From an uncultured Pseudomonadota bacterium (lineage in GTDB: Bacteria; SAR324; NAC60-12), in assembly GCA_913020725.1 (NCBI GenBank), contig CAJWCD010000006.1, forward strand, positions 1 through 53,773: a stretch of 53,773 nucleotides of DNA. Reading direction: 5' to 3'. The notes beneath the pieces are model-generated. The model saw only the letters and a list, made by a program, of their open reading frames with translations, had not been told where the DNA came from and ran no database searches. Below are positions 26,848-36,731 of this stretch, piece by piece (positions within the stretch are counted from its first letter, which is position 1; every line of letters begins with the position of its first letter). The translations under genes were made by a program, and so were the position numbers.

Positions 26848-29712
26848 ATGTCCCACGCCTTCAAGCCCTCTTGGATCGAATCCACTGCCGAAAATTTGGG
26901 GATCATTCCCAAGCTTCCGGACAAGCACCCCGAACATGACCTGAAACCGGTCGAATCGGGATCTCCAGACCTCGCGAATTTCCCGGCCTACGAGGATTGG
27001 GACGACTGGGCCGAGTATGAGGCGAAGGACTGGGCCACTGGCAAAACCAAACGCTACTCGTTGGTGCCGACCGTCTGCTTCAACTGTGAGGCGGGTTGTG
27101 GGTTGCTTGCGTACATGGACAAGGAAACGGGCGAGGTCCGCAAATTCGAAGGCAACCCCCACCATCCCGGAAGCCGAGGCCGCAACTGCGCAAAGGGACC
27201 AGCGACGATCAACCAGATCAACGACATTGACCGCATCCTTCACCCTCTTAAACGCAAGGGCAAACGCGGCGAGGGCGGCTGGGAGCGCATCGGTTGGGAT
27301 CAGGTGTTGGACGAAATCGCCGCCGAAATCCGCAAGGCGATTCAAGAGGAACGCAAGGACGAGGTGGTTTACCACGTCGGGCGCCCCGGACACGAGGGCT
27401 ACATTGAGCGTGTCTTGAACGCTTGGGGCGTGGATGGCCACAACAGCCACACCAACATCTGCTCTGCCGGAGCGCGGCTCGGCTATGCGATCTGGCACGG
27501 GGCCGACCGCCCTGCTCCGGATTACGCGAACGCGAAGTTCATCCTGCTCATCAGTTCGCACCTTGAGGCAGGGCACTACTTCAATCCCCACGCCCAGCGC
27601 ATCATGGAGGCGAAAAACGAGGGCGCGAAGATCGCCGTCATGGACATCCGGCTTTCCAACACCGCAAGCCGAGCTGACTACTGGATGCCCACCCGTCCCG
27701 GAACCGAGGCGGCGGTGCTGCTCGCCGTGGCCAAGGTGATGCTTGACGAGGGGATTTACAACGAAACCTTCCTCAAGGAGTGGACCAACTGGCAGGACTG
27801 GCTGAAAGCCGATCACTCGGATGCCGAGCCGATCTTCGAGAACTTCATCGAGAAACTGCGGGAACACTACGCGGACTACACTCCGGAATTCGCCGAGGCG
27901 GAATCTGGTGTTCCGGCAAAGACCGTCATCGAGGTCGCCCGACGCATTGGCGCGGCAGGCACGCAGTTTGCGGCGCACGTCTGGCGCAGCGCGGCGAGTG
28001 GCAACCTTGGCGGCTGGCAGGTTGCCCGCTGCCTGCATTTTCTCAACGTGCTTTCCGGAAGTGTCGGCACCTTTGGCGGCACGCTCCCCAATTCGTGGGG
28101 CAAGTTCCATCCGAGTGTCCCGAATCCCGCACCGCCCCACAAGACGTGGAACGAACTACATTTTCCGGACGAGTACCCGCTTTCGCACTACGAGATGAGC
28201 TTCCTGCTCCCGCACTTTCTCAAGGAGGGACGCGGCAAGCTCGCGGTTTACTTCACTCGTGTCTTCAACCCGGTCTGGACCTATCCGGACGGTTTCAGTT
28301 GGATCGAGGCGTTGCGCGATCCCAAGCTGATCGGACTCCACGCCGCCTTGACTCCGACGTGGAACGAAACTGCGTTTTTCGCGGATTATGTCCTGCCCGT
28401 CGGACATGCTTCCGAACGACATGACTTGGTCAGCTACGAAACGCATTCCGGGCTTTGGATCGGCTTCCGGCAACCCGTCCACCGCGAATTCCTGCGTCGG
28501 CAGGGCAAGCCGGTCACGTTCACCTACGAAGCGAATCCGGGTGAGGTTTGGGAGGAAGACGAGTTCTGGATCGAACTCTCGTGGCGGGTGGACCCGGATG
28601 GTTCGCTCGGCATCCGCAAATATTTCGAGTCGCCCTACCGTGCAGACGAGAAGATGACGATTGACGAGTATTATCAGTACATCTTCGAGCGCGTTCCCGG
28701 ACTCCCGGAGGTTGCGGAAAAGGAGGGCATCTCGGCGCTGGAGTACATGCAGCGGCATGGTGCCTACGCGGTTGAAAACGACAATTACAAGCGTTACCTT
28801 GCCAAAGTCAACGGCAAGATCGCCGCTTCGGGGCTGGTCGAGAAGGGCGGGGAAGTCGTGGGCGTGAAGGCCGAATCAGGGAAGCGTGTCGGCTTCCCAA
28901 CCCCGTCCCGCAAGCAGGAACTCTACTCGCAGACGTTGGTGGACTGGAAGTGGCCCGAATACGCGCTTCCCGCTTACATCAAGAGCCATGTCCACGAATC
29001 CGAGATGGATCGTAACGCAGGAGAATTCCCGCTCGTGCCCACCTATCGGTTGCCGACACTGATCCACTCACGCTCCACGAACGCCAAGTGGTTGATGGAA
29101 ATCGCCAACCGCAACCCACTCTGGATGCACACCTCCGATGCCAAGCGGCTCGGCTACACAACCGGAGACCTTGTGCGCGTCAACACTGAGATCGGCCACT
29201 TTGTCGCACGGGTCTGGGCGACCGAGGCCGTGCGTCCCGGAACCCTCGCCTGCTCTCACCACCTTGGACGCTGGCGTCGTCCGCAGGACCCGATCGCCAA
29301 CCGTTGGGGGACCAGCCTTGTGGACCTCAAGGAAGAGGCTCCCGGACAGTGGCGGATGCGTAAAAAAGAAGGGGTGCAAATCAAGAAATCCAGCGATCCG
29401 GACTCCAGCCGCATTTTCTGGGAAGACACGGGAGTGCATCAGAACATCACCTTTCCGGTGCATCCGGATCCGCAGAGCGGCATGCACTGCTGGCACCAGA
29501 AGGTTCGTCTCGAAAAAGCGCAGCCGGACGACGAGTACGGCGATGTCTTTGTGGACACCAACAAGTCAATGGCGATCTACCGGAAGTGGCTGGAGAAAAC
29601 CCGCCCCGCCCCCGGCCCGGACAACCTGCGCCGCCCCCTCTGGCTCAAACGACCGCTCAGACCGGAAACCTCGCTCTTCTACCTCGATCCCAAGAACGAA
29701 TCTAACAAGTAA
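26848..29712 (+). CDS. DMSO-reductase-superfamily molybdopterin oxidoreductase, catalytic subunit
   Basis: CFNCEAGC...NCAKG Fe-S motif, HNSHTNICS (putative Cys ligand region), C-terminal molybdopterin-binding domain. No twin-Arg signal. Confidence 0.9.
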   Translation: MSHAFKPSWIESTAENLGIIPKLPDKHPEHDLKPVESGSPDLANFPAYEDWDDWAEYEAKDWATGKTKRYSLVPTVCFNCEAGCGLLAYMDKETGEVRKFEGNPHHPGSRGRNCAKGPATINQINDIDRILHPLKRKGKRGEGGWERIGWDQVLDEIAAEIRKAIQEERKDEVVYHVGRPGHEGYIERVLNAWGVDGHNSHTNICSAGARLGYAIWHGADRPAPDYANAKFILLISSHLEAGHYFNPHAQRIMEAKNEGAKIAVMDIRLSNTASRADYWMPTRPGTEAAVLLAVAKVMLDEGIYNETFLKEWTNWQDWLKADHSDAEPIFENFIEKLREHYADYTPEFAEAESGVPAKTVIEVARRIGAAGTQFAAHVWRSAASGNLGGWQVARCLHFLNVLSGSVGTFGGTLPNSWGKFHPSVPNPAPPHKTWNELHFPDEYPLSHYEMSFLLPHFLKEGRGKLAVYFTRVFNPVWTYPDGFSWIEALRDPKLIGLHAALTPTWNETAFFADYVLPVGHASERHDLVSYETHSGLWIGFRQPVHREFLRRQGKPVTFTYEANPGEVWEEDEFWIELSWRVDPDGSLGIRKYFESPYRADEKMTIDEYYQYIFERVPGLPEVAEKEGISALEYMQRHGAYAVENDNYKRYLAKVNGKIAASGLVEKGGEVVGVKAESGKRVGFPTPSRKQELYSQTLVDWKWPEYALPAYIKSHVHESEMDRNAGEFPLVPTYRLPTLIHSRSTNAKWLMEIANRNPLWMHTSDAKRLGYTTGDLVRVNTEIGHFVARVWATEAVRPGTLACSHHLGRWRRPQDPIANRWGTSLVDLKEEAPGQWRMRKKEGVQIKKSSDPDSSRIFWEDTGVHQNITFPVHPDPQSGMHCWHQKVRLEKAQPDDEYGDVFVDTNKSMAIYRKWLEKTRPAPGPDNLRRPLWLKRPLRPETSLFYLDPKNESNK

Positions 29713-29750
29713 ACCCTTCGGCTTTCATCCCCAACGAAAGGAAGATTTCG

Positions 29751-30059
29751 ATGTACTTCATCTTCATTGGCAAAGACAAACCGGGAATGCTGGAAACCCG
29801 CAAGGCCACCCGCGCCACCCACCGGAAACACGTTCGCAACAGTGACGGGCCGGTGCGGCTCATGACCGGAGGCCCGCTTGCTGGAAAGGATGGTGAGATG
29901 AACGGAACCTTCCTGATGTTTGAAGCACCTGACCACGAAACTGCACAGGAATTTCTGGACGCCGACCCTTACCACCAAGCCGGGATGTTCGCCTCCCGCG
30001 AACTGCGGGCCTTCCATGAGGCGGCGGAACTTCCGGTGGCCCTGACCCAGTCCAACTGA
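29751..30059 (+). CDS. YciI family protein
   Basis: DKPG...R..TR..H, GGPL, DPY...G.F pattern. Confidence 0.85.
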   Translation: MYFIFIGKDKPGMLETRKATRATHRKHVRNSDGPVRLMTGGPLAGKDGEMNGTFLMFEAPDHETAQEFLDADPYHQAGMFASRELRAFHEAAELPVALTQSN

Positions 30060-30141
30060 TCTCCCGGCTGTTCGAGTCAGGCAGTCTCAACCACTGCATC
30101 TGAGTTTCTTCATTTTTTCTCTTTTCAGTCCACCAAGCTTC

Positions 30142-31086
30142 TTGAGCCAAATCGCCAATTCTCACCGCGTTGGGAGCGTGTGCCTGTTGCTGGCGGCGCC
30201 CGAAGTGGCGTTGGCCGCAGAATCCGATTCTGGAACGTGGCCCGCATGGGTGTGGATGCTGCTCTTGTTTGCGACCACCTTCGTGATCGGTGTTTTTGGT
30301 GTGATGGCTGGGATTGGTGGGGGCGTCCTCTTTGTGCCACTGGTGAGCGGTTTCTTTCCGTTTCACATTGATTTCGTGCGTGGGGCCGGACTCTTCATCG
30401 CACTCGGCAGTTCGCTGGCGGCGGCGCCCTATCTTTTGCGGCAAAACCTGGCCAGCCTACGCTTGGCGATGCCCGTTGCGTTGATCGCCTCGGCCTTCTC
30501 CATCGTGGGAGCGCAGCTAGGACTCTGGATTTCCGAACTCAATCCAGCCTACATCCAAGGGGCGCTGGGCGTCGTGATTTTGGGAATCGCAACCATCATG
30601 TTGCGAACGCCGATCAAAGAGTTCCCTGTGGTTGCTGGAAACGATCCGGTCGCCAAATGGCTCGGTCTACAGGGCTGGTTTGTGGAAGAAACCACGGGGG
30701 AACGCATGAACTGGACGGTGCATCGTGCTGCGGTGGGGCTGTCCGGATTCGTACTGGTCGGACTACTGGCCGGCATATTCGGGCTAGGCGCAGGCTGGGC
30801 GAACGTCCCGCTGCTCAATCTTGTGATGGGGGCACCATTGAAAATCGCGGTGGCGACGAGCAGTTTCTCGCTCTCGATCACGGACACGACAGCGGCGTGG
30901 GTGTACTTCAACCACGGGGCGGTGCTGCCTGCCCTCGTGGTGCCCTCGCTCGCGGGCGTGATGCTCGGCGCAATGCTCGGCTCACGAATTCTCCCGCATG
31001 TTCCAGCGTTCATGATCCGGCGGTTGGTGATCGGCGTGTTGATGCTGGCGGGAGCGCGCTCTGTGTTGAAGGCCTTCGGATGGTGA
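30142..31086 (+). CDS. TauE/SafE family sulfite/organosulfonate exporter
   Basis: GIGGGVLFVP, GLGAGWANVP, PLKIAVATS; multiple TM helices. Confidence 0.88.
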   Translation: MSQIANSHRVGSVCLLLAAPEVALAAESDSGTWPAWVWMLLLFATTFVIGVFGVMAGIGGGVLFVPLVSGFFPFHIDFVRGAGLFIALGSSLAAAPYLLRQNLASLRLAMPVALIASAFSIVGAQLGLWISELNPAYIQGALGVVILGIATIMLRTPIKEFPVVAGNDPVAKWLGLQGWFVEETTGERMNWTVHRAAVGLSGFVLVGLLAGIFGLGAGWANVPLLNLVMGAPLKIAVATSSFSLSITDTTAAWVYFNHGAVLPALVVPSLAGVMLGAMLGSRILPHVPAFMIRRLVIGVLMLAGARSVLKAFGW

Positions 31087-31514
31087 ACAAACCCCAATCG
31101 ACAGACAGCGACCTCCGGGTTGATCCGGAACAGTTAGGCTACGCACAGGTGGTGGCGTGGGGCAACCGCCTCGGAGTGGCGGTCATGCTGGTTGGATTCA
31201 TTGGCTATCTCAGCGGGCTGCTTCCTGCACGGATTCCTCCGGACACTTTGCTGGAGATCTGGTCGTTGCCACTCCCTGAGTTTCTGGCACAAACGCACTC
31301 CTCCACAGGTTGGGGCTGGCTTCAGTATCTGGAGAACGGGGACACGCTCGCACTGCTGGGCATTGCGCTGCTGGGCGGAGTGACGCTGGCAGGCTACCTG
31401 CTTTTGTTCGTCCGGTTTCTGGGAGAGCGCAAGTGGCGACAGTGGAGCATGGTGGTCGTGGAAATCACCCTCGTTGTGCTGGTTGCCGCCAATTGGATTG
31501 GTGCGGGGCACTGA
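31080..31514 (+). CDS. DUF1634-like membrane protein, the usual TauE partner
   Basis: EQLGYA, GWGWL..L..GD.LALLGI motifs; ATG overlaps the end of TauE. Confidence 0.7.
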   Translation: MVNKPQSTDSDLRVDPEQLGYAQVVAWGNRLGVAVMLVGFIGYLSGLLPARIPPDTLLEIWSLPLPEFLAQTHSSTGWGWLQYLENGDTLALLGIALLGGVTLAGYLLLFVRFLGERKWRQWSMVVVEITLVVLVAANWIGAGH

Positions 31515-31517
31515 CCG

Positions 31518-32003
31518 TCAAGATCGGCTGCGCAGGCCGCTGTTTCGGAGCAGTTTTCGGGAAAGGTCGGGATGGGCGCTAAGGGTGTCGAGAATGACTT
31601 CAAGGCTTTGGGCAACTCGCTCACGCTCAGCTTGGTTAAGTTGCATCTCAATCACGAATCTGGGGGTTTCCGGAAGGTCACAGGGGCCACCCGCAGCCGC
31701 ACACAACACCTCATAAAGCCGCTGCCGGAAGATTCTCGGACTGCCGCGTTTCACCAAATCCTGCAAATTCTCATCCCGGCTCACCTCCAAGGCAACGGCG
31801 GTGAGCATGATTTCCCCACCAATTTGCGAGTAGAGCGTTGGCTTGGTGCAAGCGCTGGCTAGCACGAGCGCGAGCCCCACGGTGAGCCAAAGTCCCCACG
31901 GCAACGCTTTTTTCAGAACTGGAACACTGGACAAACGACCGCTGAGGTCAGGCAGATTCCTCGGATTCTTCGGGGCGGATGGCTTCGTCCAGACGGTTGT
32001 CAT
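31518..32003 (-). CDS. Lipoprotein with a degenerate group I truncated-globin-like domain; start uncertain
   Basis: Lipobox LASAC; TLYSQIGG and LCAAAGGPC motifs. Confidence 0.5.
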   Translation of the reverse strand: MTTVWTKPSAPKNPRNLPDLSGRLSSVPVLKKALPWGLWLTVGLALVLASACTKPTLYSQIGGEIMLTAVALEVSRDENLQDLVKRGSPRIFRQRLYEVLCAAAGGPCDLPETPRFVIEMQLNQAERERVAQSLEVILDTLSAHPDLSRKLLRNSGLRSRS

Positions 32004-33831
32004 AAACCTTGATGAGGGTGTCGCGGTACTGGTCCAGCTTGTCTATACGGAAGGGCAAGCCGCGATCCGGATTGTCTTCCAAGGGCAGCATCACCTGATG
32101 TAGAACATAGCGCAAGGCCGCCTGCGGGTTCCGGATCATGTAGAGAATATAGTCTACCGGATTATCGTTGTGCTTCTCCAGATAGATTTTCAGGAAAAGC
32201 TGGACGATGTGAAAATAGTTGATGCCTCGGTCCAGTTGATGGCCCACGAAGCGTTGGATGGATTGCAGGTATTTTTCGGTGCTGAAGCGCTGCTGAAAAA
32301 AACCGGTCCCGCCGTGAGGCTGCTCGTAGTATTCCATGATAAGCAACGATGAAATGAAGTAGCTCCACGCCTTGCGGAACTCATCGAGCGGAAAACGGTG
32401 CTGCCGGCGCTGCTGTTGGATCACCTCTGAACAGCCTTGCAGCAATCCCAACACGGCACGGACCTGATCGAGCATCGGTTTGCGAAACCGCAGCATCTGG
32501 AGGAGTTTTTCGATCCGTGCGCGGGTGGCGTTTTGTTGTTCCTCCGGGAGCGTCTCGCCTGTGCGCAGCAACAGCAGGATGCCCTCCAACCCTTCATAGA
32601 CCTTCAGAAAAATAGAATTGGTGTAATGCCGCTCCAGTTTCTTGCACTCGGATTTCCACTTGGCCTTGGGCATTTCCGGCGGCAGACACTTGACCAGTTG
32701 CAGCGGCAACTGCCCAGCTTCCTCTTGAAGGGCGTCTTCCACCTCACGATCCGGAATCAGAAACGGCAACGCCTTGCGGTCTTCGTGAAGTTGGCGCAGG
32801 CGCAAGCGAATCTGCCGCTGCAAGCCCTCAAGCACGTCCTCGTCTTCCGGTAGGTTTTCCAGTTGCTCCCAGTAGCCTTCCACAAATCCGGACAGGGCCA
32901 GCACCTCCTCCATCCGCAAGCTCGCGGCTTGGACATAGTGGAAGGGTTCACTTTCCTCAAAATGCCGATACGCCGGGAGATCATGGGGCAGGAGAAAATG
33001 CAGTTGTGCGTTGAGTTGCTTCACCAACTCGACAGCCTGCGCACAAAGTTCTCCGGGTTGCTCGCGGAAAGCCTGTAGAAAATCTGTGAAGGCGCTGTCG
33101 AGCACGTGCAGTTCTTCCGAAGAGAGTCCTTGCTGCTCATGCTTGTCCTGCCATTGCTTCGCCCACTGCCGCCGTACTTGCACTTGTTCCTTCTTCCACG
33201 GCATCCGCAGTTGCTTTGCCATTTGCTCACCATAAGAGCGCACCGTGTCGGACGGAAACTCCAGTGCCGCAATCAGGTCGAGTCGCTCCAGAATTCCGGC
33301 AGTGATTTCTTCGTTGGTCGAGTGTCCACTCTGTTTGTAGAACTCCAGCGGTAGGATGCTTTCCAACAAGTACACCTCACCCATGAGCTTGGAGAAGAGG
33401 GTCCGTGCAATGTTGATCACTTCCTCGTTGTTTTGGATATCATCCGGAAGAATGATCGTAACCGTGTAAACTCGTGAAATCGGATTGAAGTCCAAGCGCG
33501 AAGCCGGCAGCACCACTTTTGGTGGCAGTTTGGTGCCGATTTCCTGCTCGTAGGTAGCGCGGTTCAGGAAACGCACCGGGTGGTTCGCGTCCCGGAGCTT
33601 GATGCCAAAGCGTGTGGAAAAGTTGAGGACGGCAGGAATGATTTGGTTGAGGAGTTCAACGACTTGGGCGGGAAGCCCTGCGGCGAACTGGAGATTTTGC
33701 AGCACAAAGACCTCTTCACCCGCCTCACGGCGGGTCTGGTCGTGCTGGTCGAGTTGATCGGCTTTGATGGTGTGCTTGCTCGCGTCGAAACGATCCTCGA
33801 AGAAAGCGTCGCTACCTTGAGATTGAGCCAT
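31948..33831 (-). CDS. Hypothetical helical protein, 627 aa
   Basis: Long ORF with host-like codon usage. No family recognised. Confidence 0.75.
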   Translation of the reverse strand: MAQSQGSDAFFEDRFDASKHTIKADQLDQHDQTRREAGEEVFVLQNLQFAAGLPAQVVELLNQIIPAVLNFSTRFGIKLRDANHPVRFLNRATYEQEIGTKLPPKVVLPASRLDFNPISRVYTVTIILPDDIQNNEEVINIARTLFSKLMGEVYLLESILPLEFYKQSGHSTNEEITAGILERLDLIAALEFPSDTVRSYGEQMAKQLRMPWKKEQVQVRRQWAKQWQDKHEQQGLSSEELHVLDSAFTDFLQAFREQPGELCAQAVELVKQLNAQLHFLLPHDLPAYRHFEESEPFHYVQAASLRMEEVLALSGFVEGYWEQLENLPEDEDVLEGLQRQIRLRLRQLHEDRKALPFLIPDREVEDALQEEAGQLPLQLVKCLPPEMPKAKWKSECKKLERHYTNSIFLKVYEGLEGILLLLRTGETLPEEQQNATRARIEKLLQMLRFRKPMLDQVRAVLGLLQGCSEVIQQQRRQHRFPLDEFRKAWSYFISSLLIMEYYEQPHGGTGFFQQRFSTEKYLQSIQRFVGHQLDRGINYFHIVQLFLKIYLEKHNDNPVDYILYMIRNPQAALRYVLHQVMLPLEDNPDRGLPFRIDKLDQYRDTLIKVYDNRLDEAIRPEESEESA

Positions 33832-33877
33832 GTCGGCGTGATGGTCTTCCGTGTTTGGGGAACATCGCTACCGGACT

Positions 33878-34108
33878 TCAGTGCTTGCGGACGGAGGCGA
33901 TGGCACCGGTCCACTCCCGGAGACCTCGCGGCCCCTCCAATTGCACCTTGAGGTTGACGAGTTCGGTGAAGTTGATGTCCTCGATGCTGACGTCCGGATA
34001 CCTGCGTTTAACGTAACCCCACAGGTTGAAGTAGTTTTCATCTTTCTCGAAATCGCTCTCTTGCTGGCGTTGGGGGCCGTCGGAGGGCATAGCCAGGGCA
34101 GTGTGCAT
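33878..34108 (-). CDS. Small hypothetical protein
   Basis: Protein-like C-terminal part of ORF 33878-34372 (DFEKDENYFNLWGYVKRRYP...). Start at 34108 or 34090. Confidence 0.55.
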   Translation of the reverse strand: MHTALAMPSDGPQRQQESDFEKDENYFNLWGYVKRRYPDVSIEDINFTELVNLKVQLEGPRGLREWTGAIASVRKH

Positions 34109-34386
34109 TGACAACAAATGACTGAATGTTGAAGAATCCTTTGAAGCACAGGCTCCACATCCAGCACCTCCTTGTGCGACTATGGGAACAGGACAGCGGC
34201 AAAACGGCTCGCCTCTGCCTGAAAGAACATGAAGCAAGAAATTGGCCTCGGTTCTCCAAAGTTGAAAAATCCTTGCACTTCCCCAAGTACAAAGTGAAGG
34301 TGCCGCTTGCATTCCACAGGCTTCATCCTCTATACTGCGCAACCTCGGAGTCTGAGACATTATTCCCATCATCTAGCCCACCTGAA

Positions 34387-35319
34387 ATGCCCCACACTGC
34401 CACCACTCCTGCTCCCGACGCTGCCCCGGAAACCCGTTGTGGGTTCATCGGCCTCATCGGACGTCCCAACGTGGGGAAATCCACCCTGCTCAACCGTTTG
34501 GTCGGCCAAGCCGTTTCCATCATCACTCCCAAACCGCAAACCACCCGCAACCGTATCCGGGGCATCCGCACAGAGGAGTTGGTGCAGATGGTGTTCATTG
34601 ACACCCCCGGTATCCATGAAGGCCCCAAAAAGCTCAACCAGCGCATGAACCGCTACGCGCTCGAAACGCTGGTGGGCAACGACCTCAACATCTGGCTGGT
34701 GGAACCCTTCCCGGAATCCAAAGCAGCGCTTCCCAAAAACGAGCAGGCGCTTCTGGAACAGTTCCGGGGGCGTGAATCCCACACCATCGTGCTGCTCAAC
34801 AAGTGCGATGCTGCGAGCAAGGTGCAGGTGATCCGGAGCATTGACCTGCTGGGGCAAGCAGGAGCGTTCCTCGGTATCGTGCCAGGGTCAGCCCTCAAGG
34901 ATCAGAACCTCGATCCCCTGCTGAGCTTGATCCGTGCGAATCTTCCAGGATCGCCGTTCTTTTTCGAGAGCGACCAGGTGACGGATGCGACCGAACGTTT
35001 TCTGGTGGCCGAATTTGTACGCGAAGCGTTGTTCCGGAGACTCAAGCAGGAAGTGCCCTACGCGACCGCCGTGCGGGTGGAGCAATTTGAGGAGTCTGAA
35101 CGTCTCATCAGCATCCACTGCCAAATCTGCGTGGAGCGCGACTCGCAGAAGGGCATCATCATCGGCAAAGGCGGAGCGATGCTCAAGGAAATCGGCACCG
35201 CCGCACGGTTGCGGATGGAGCGTCTTTTGGGCCGCAAGGTGTTTTTGGGCCTGCATGTCAAGGTGGTGCGTCGCTGGACCGACGATGCGTTTCACCTGCG
35301 TCAGTTGGGCTACGAATAG
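34387..35319 (+). CDS. era: GTPase Era
   Basis: GRPNVGKSTLLN, KPQTTR, DTPG, NKCD, KH domain SQKGIIIGKGG. Confidence 0.96.
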   Translation: MPHTATTPAPDAAPETRCGFIGLIGRPNVGKSTLLNRLVGQAVSIITPKPQTTRNRIRGIRTEELVQMVFIDTPGIHEGPKKLNQRMNRYALETLVGNDLNIWLVEPFPESKAALPKNEQALLEQFRGRESHTIVLLNKCDAASKVQVIRSIDLLGQAGAFLGIVPGSALKDQNLDPLLSLIRANLPGSPFFFESDQVTDATERFLVAEFVREALFRRLKQEVPYATAVRVEQFEESERLISIHCQICVERDSQKGIIIGKGGAMLKEIGTAARLRMERLLGRKVFLGLHVKVVRRWTDDAFHLRQLGYE

Positions 35320-35326
35320 GGGGAAC

Positions 35327-36703
35327 GTGCGAACGTGGCAAAAGGTGGGTCTTGGGGCAGGGAGTGTGGGGAGCGTGGTGGTGGTGGCTGTGTTCTCCTT
35401 GGAACTCGCCGGAGGACTGGCCTCCTTGCTAGCTGCGTTTTGGGGGATTATGGTGATTTTGAAGCGCAACGTTTCTCTGAGAGACACAGCCGCACAGAAT
35501 CCGGCAGTCACCGAGGCGCTGGATCCACAAGCGTTCCGACGCTTCCAAAAAGTTTTCAAGCAAGAGGGCACCGGAACACCTCCCCCGGAACCGGAAGCCA
35601 CCGTGATCGGCTCGTTACGGTTGCGCCCTTCCGGTTCGGAAACGCCTGCTGTTGTACCAGATTACGATCCGGAGAACTCGGAATTTTCCGGGGTGCTTGC
35701 AGAAGAGGAGCAGGTTTCCGTGTCCGTGAGTCGACAAGGCCGCAGCAAAGCAGAGCGTTCACGTCCGCTCCCGCATCCGTACCAAGCCGCCGCCCGCAAA
35801 CCTCCCGAAAAACCCAAAACTCCGACCACCGAACCTGCGGAAGCGACTCAGCAAAAACTCGTGACGCTCCTGTCGGCTCCGGCCTCGCAAGACCAACCGC
35901 CCGCAGAAAATCAAACGAGTGAACCGGAAGGTGCGAATCTGGAGCAATTTTTGGATGCCGACCTGCCAAGCTTCCCACAACCCCCGGAAGCCACGAATTC
36001 CCCCACCCAGTATCGTGACGGGGAAAGCATTGCGGAGAACCTTCAGGAAAACTATGGAGAGTGGTATCTGGACGATTTGGGTGCACAGCTTGCCGAATCC
36101 TCTGGATCCCAAGAAAAACAGGCCGAAGCCGAGGCTCTACTGGAAATGGCACACTTGGCACGGGAGGGCGAACACTGGGAAGACACACTCGCCAGCCTCA
36201 GTGCGCATTTGCAAATCCTCCGGGATTTGGGAGAGCCCCCTTCCAATCAAGCCCTGCAACTGCACGCGCAAGCCGCATTGCAGACCGGGGCGGTTTCAGC
36301 AGCCCTGAATTCGCTTGGGCAGGTTTGGGGCAACCTCGCCCCTCCGGAGCGAGAGGAGTATGCGGAGGTGGTATTGGAGTTGACGCGAAACTTGGTGCGC
36401 GAACAGCAGGATGAGCAGGCCTTGCCGCACCTTCAGGCCTTGGAATCGCACTTTCAGAAAAATAAGGATACTGCACGGCTGGACATGCTGTACGATCTGC
36501 TGGAGCAGGTTTACGAGCGTGGAGGCGATCCCCTCTTGCTGGTGGTCGCCTACAAACAGCATCTGGAGGTGAAGCGGACGCTGGACGACCATCCGGGACA
36601 GGGGCGGCTGCTGGATTTACTGGGAACCCACTACTACCAGCAGGGGGATCGGTCCGCATCTCGTCAGTATTATGAGGATCAACTCAGGCTGAAAAGCCCG
36701 TAG
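35327..36703 (+). CDS. Membrane-anchored protein with a disordered linker and C-terminal TPR-like repeats
   Basis: Two N-terminal TM helices, Pro/Glu-rich middle, helical repeats (LLDLLGTHYYQQGD..ASRQYYE). GTG start inferred. Confidence 0.7.
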   Translation: MRTWQKVGLGAGSVGSVVVVAVFSLELAGGLASLLAAFWGIMVILKRNVSLRDTAAQNPAVTEALDPQAFRRFQKVFKQEGTGTPPPEPEATVIGSLRLRPSGSETPAVVPDYDPENSEFSGVLAEEEQVSVSVSRQGRSKAERSRPLPHPYQAAARKPPEKPKTPTTEPAEATQQKLVTLLSAPASQDQPPAENQTSEPEGANLEQFLDADLPSFPQPPEATNSPTQYRDGESIAENLQENYGEWYLDDLGAQLAESSGSQEKQAEAEALLEMAHLAREGEHWEDTLASLSAHLQILRDLGEPPSNQALQLHAQAALQTGAVSAALNSLGQVWGNLAPPEREEYAEVVLELTRNLVREQQDEQALPHLQALESHFQKNKDTARLDMLYDLLEQVYERGGDPLLLVVAYKQHLEVKRTLDDHPGQGRLLDLLGTHYYQQGDRSASRQYYEDQLRLKSP

Positions 36704-36731
36704 TTTTGGTGCAGAGCAAGGCTCCGGAGGT

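Noticed and set aside
22509..28140. Long minus-strand ORFs (22509-23780, 23221-24252, 26755-28140)
   Set aside because: Antisense shadows of well-supported GC-rich genes. The same applies to 48955-50370, 42760-43617 and 5047-5958.
26848..29712. Calling the molybdoenzyme formate dehydrogenase or nitrate reductase
   Set aside because: It lacks the Fdh-type C/U-H active-site pair and Nap/Nar signatures I can recognise, so the substrate is left unassigned.
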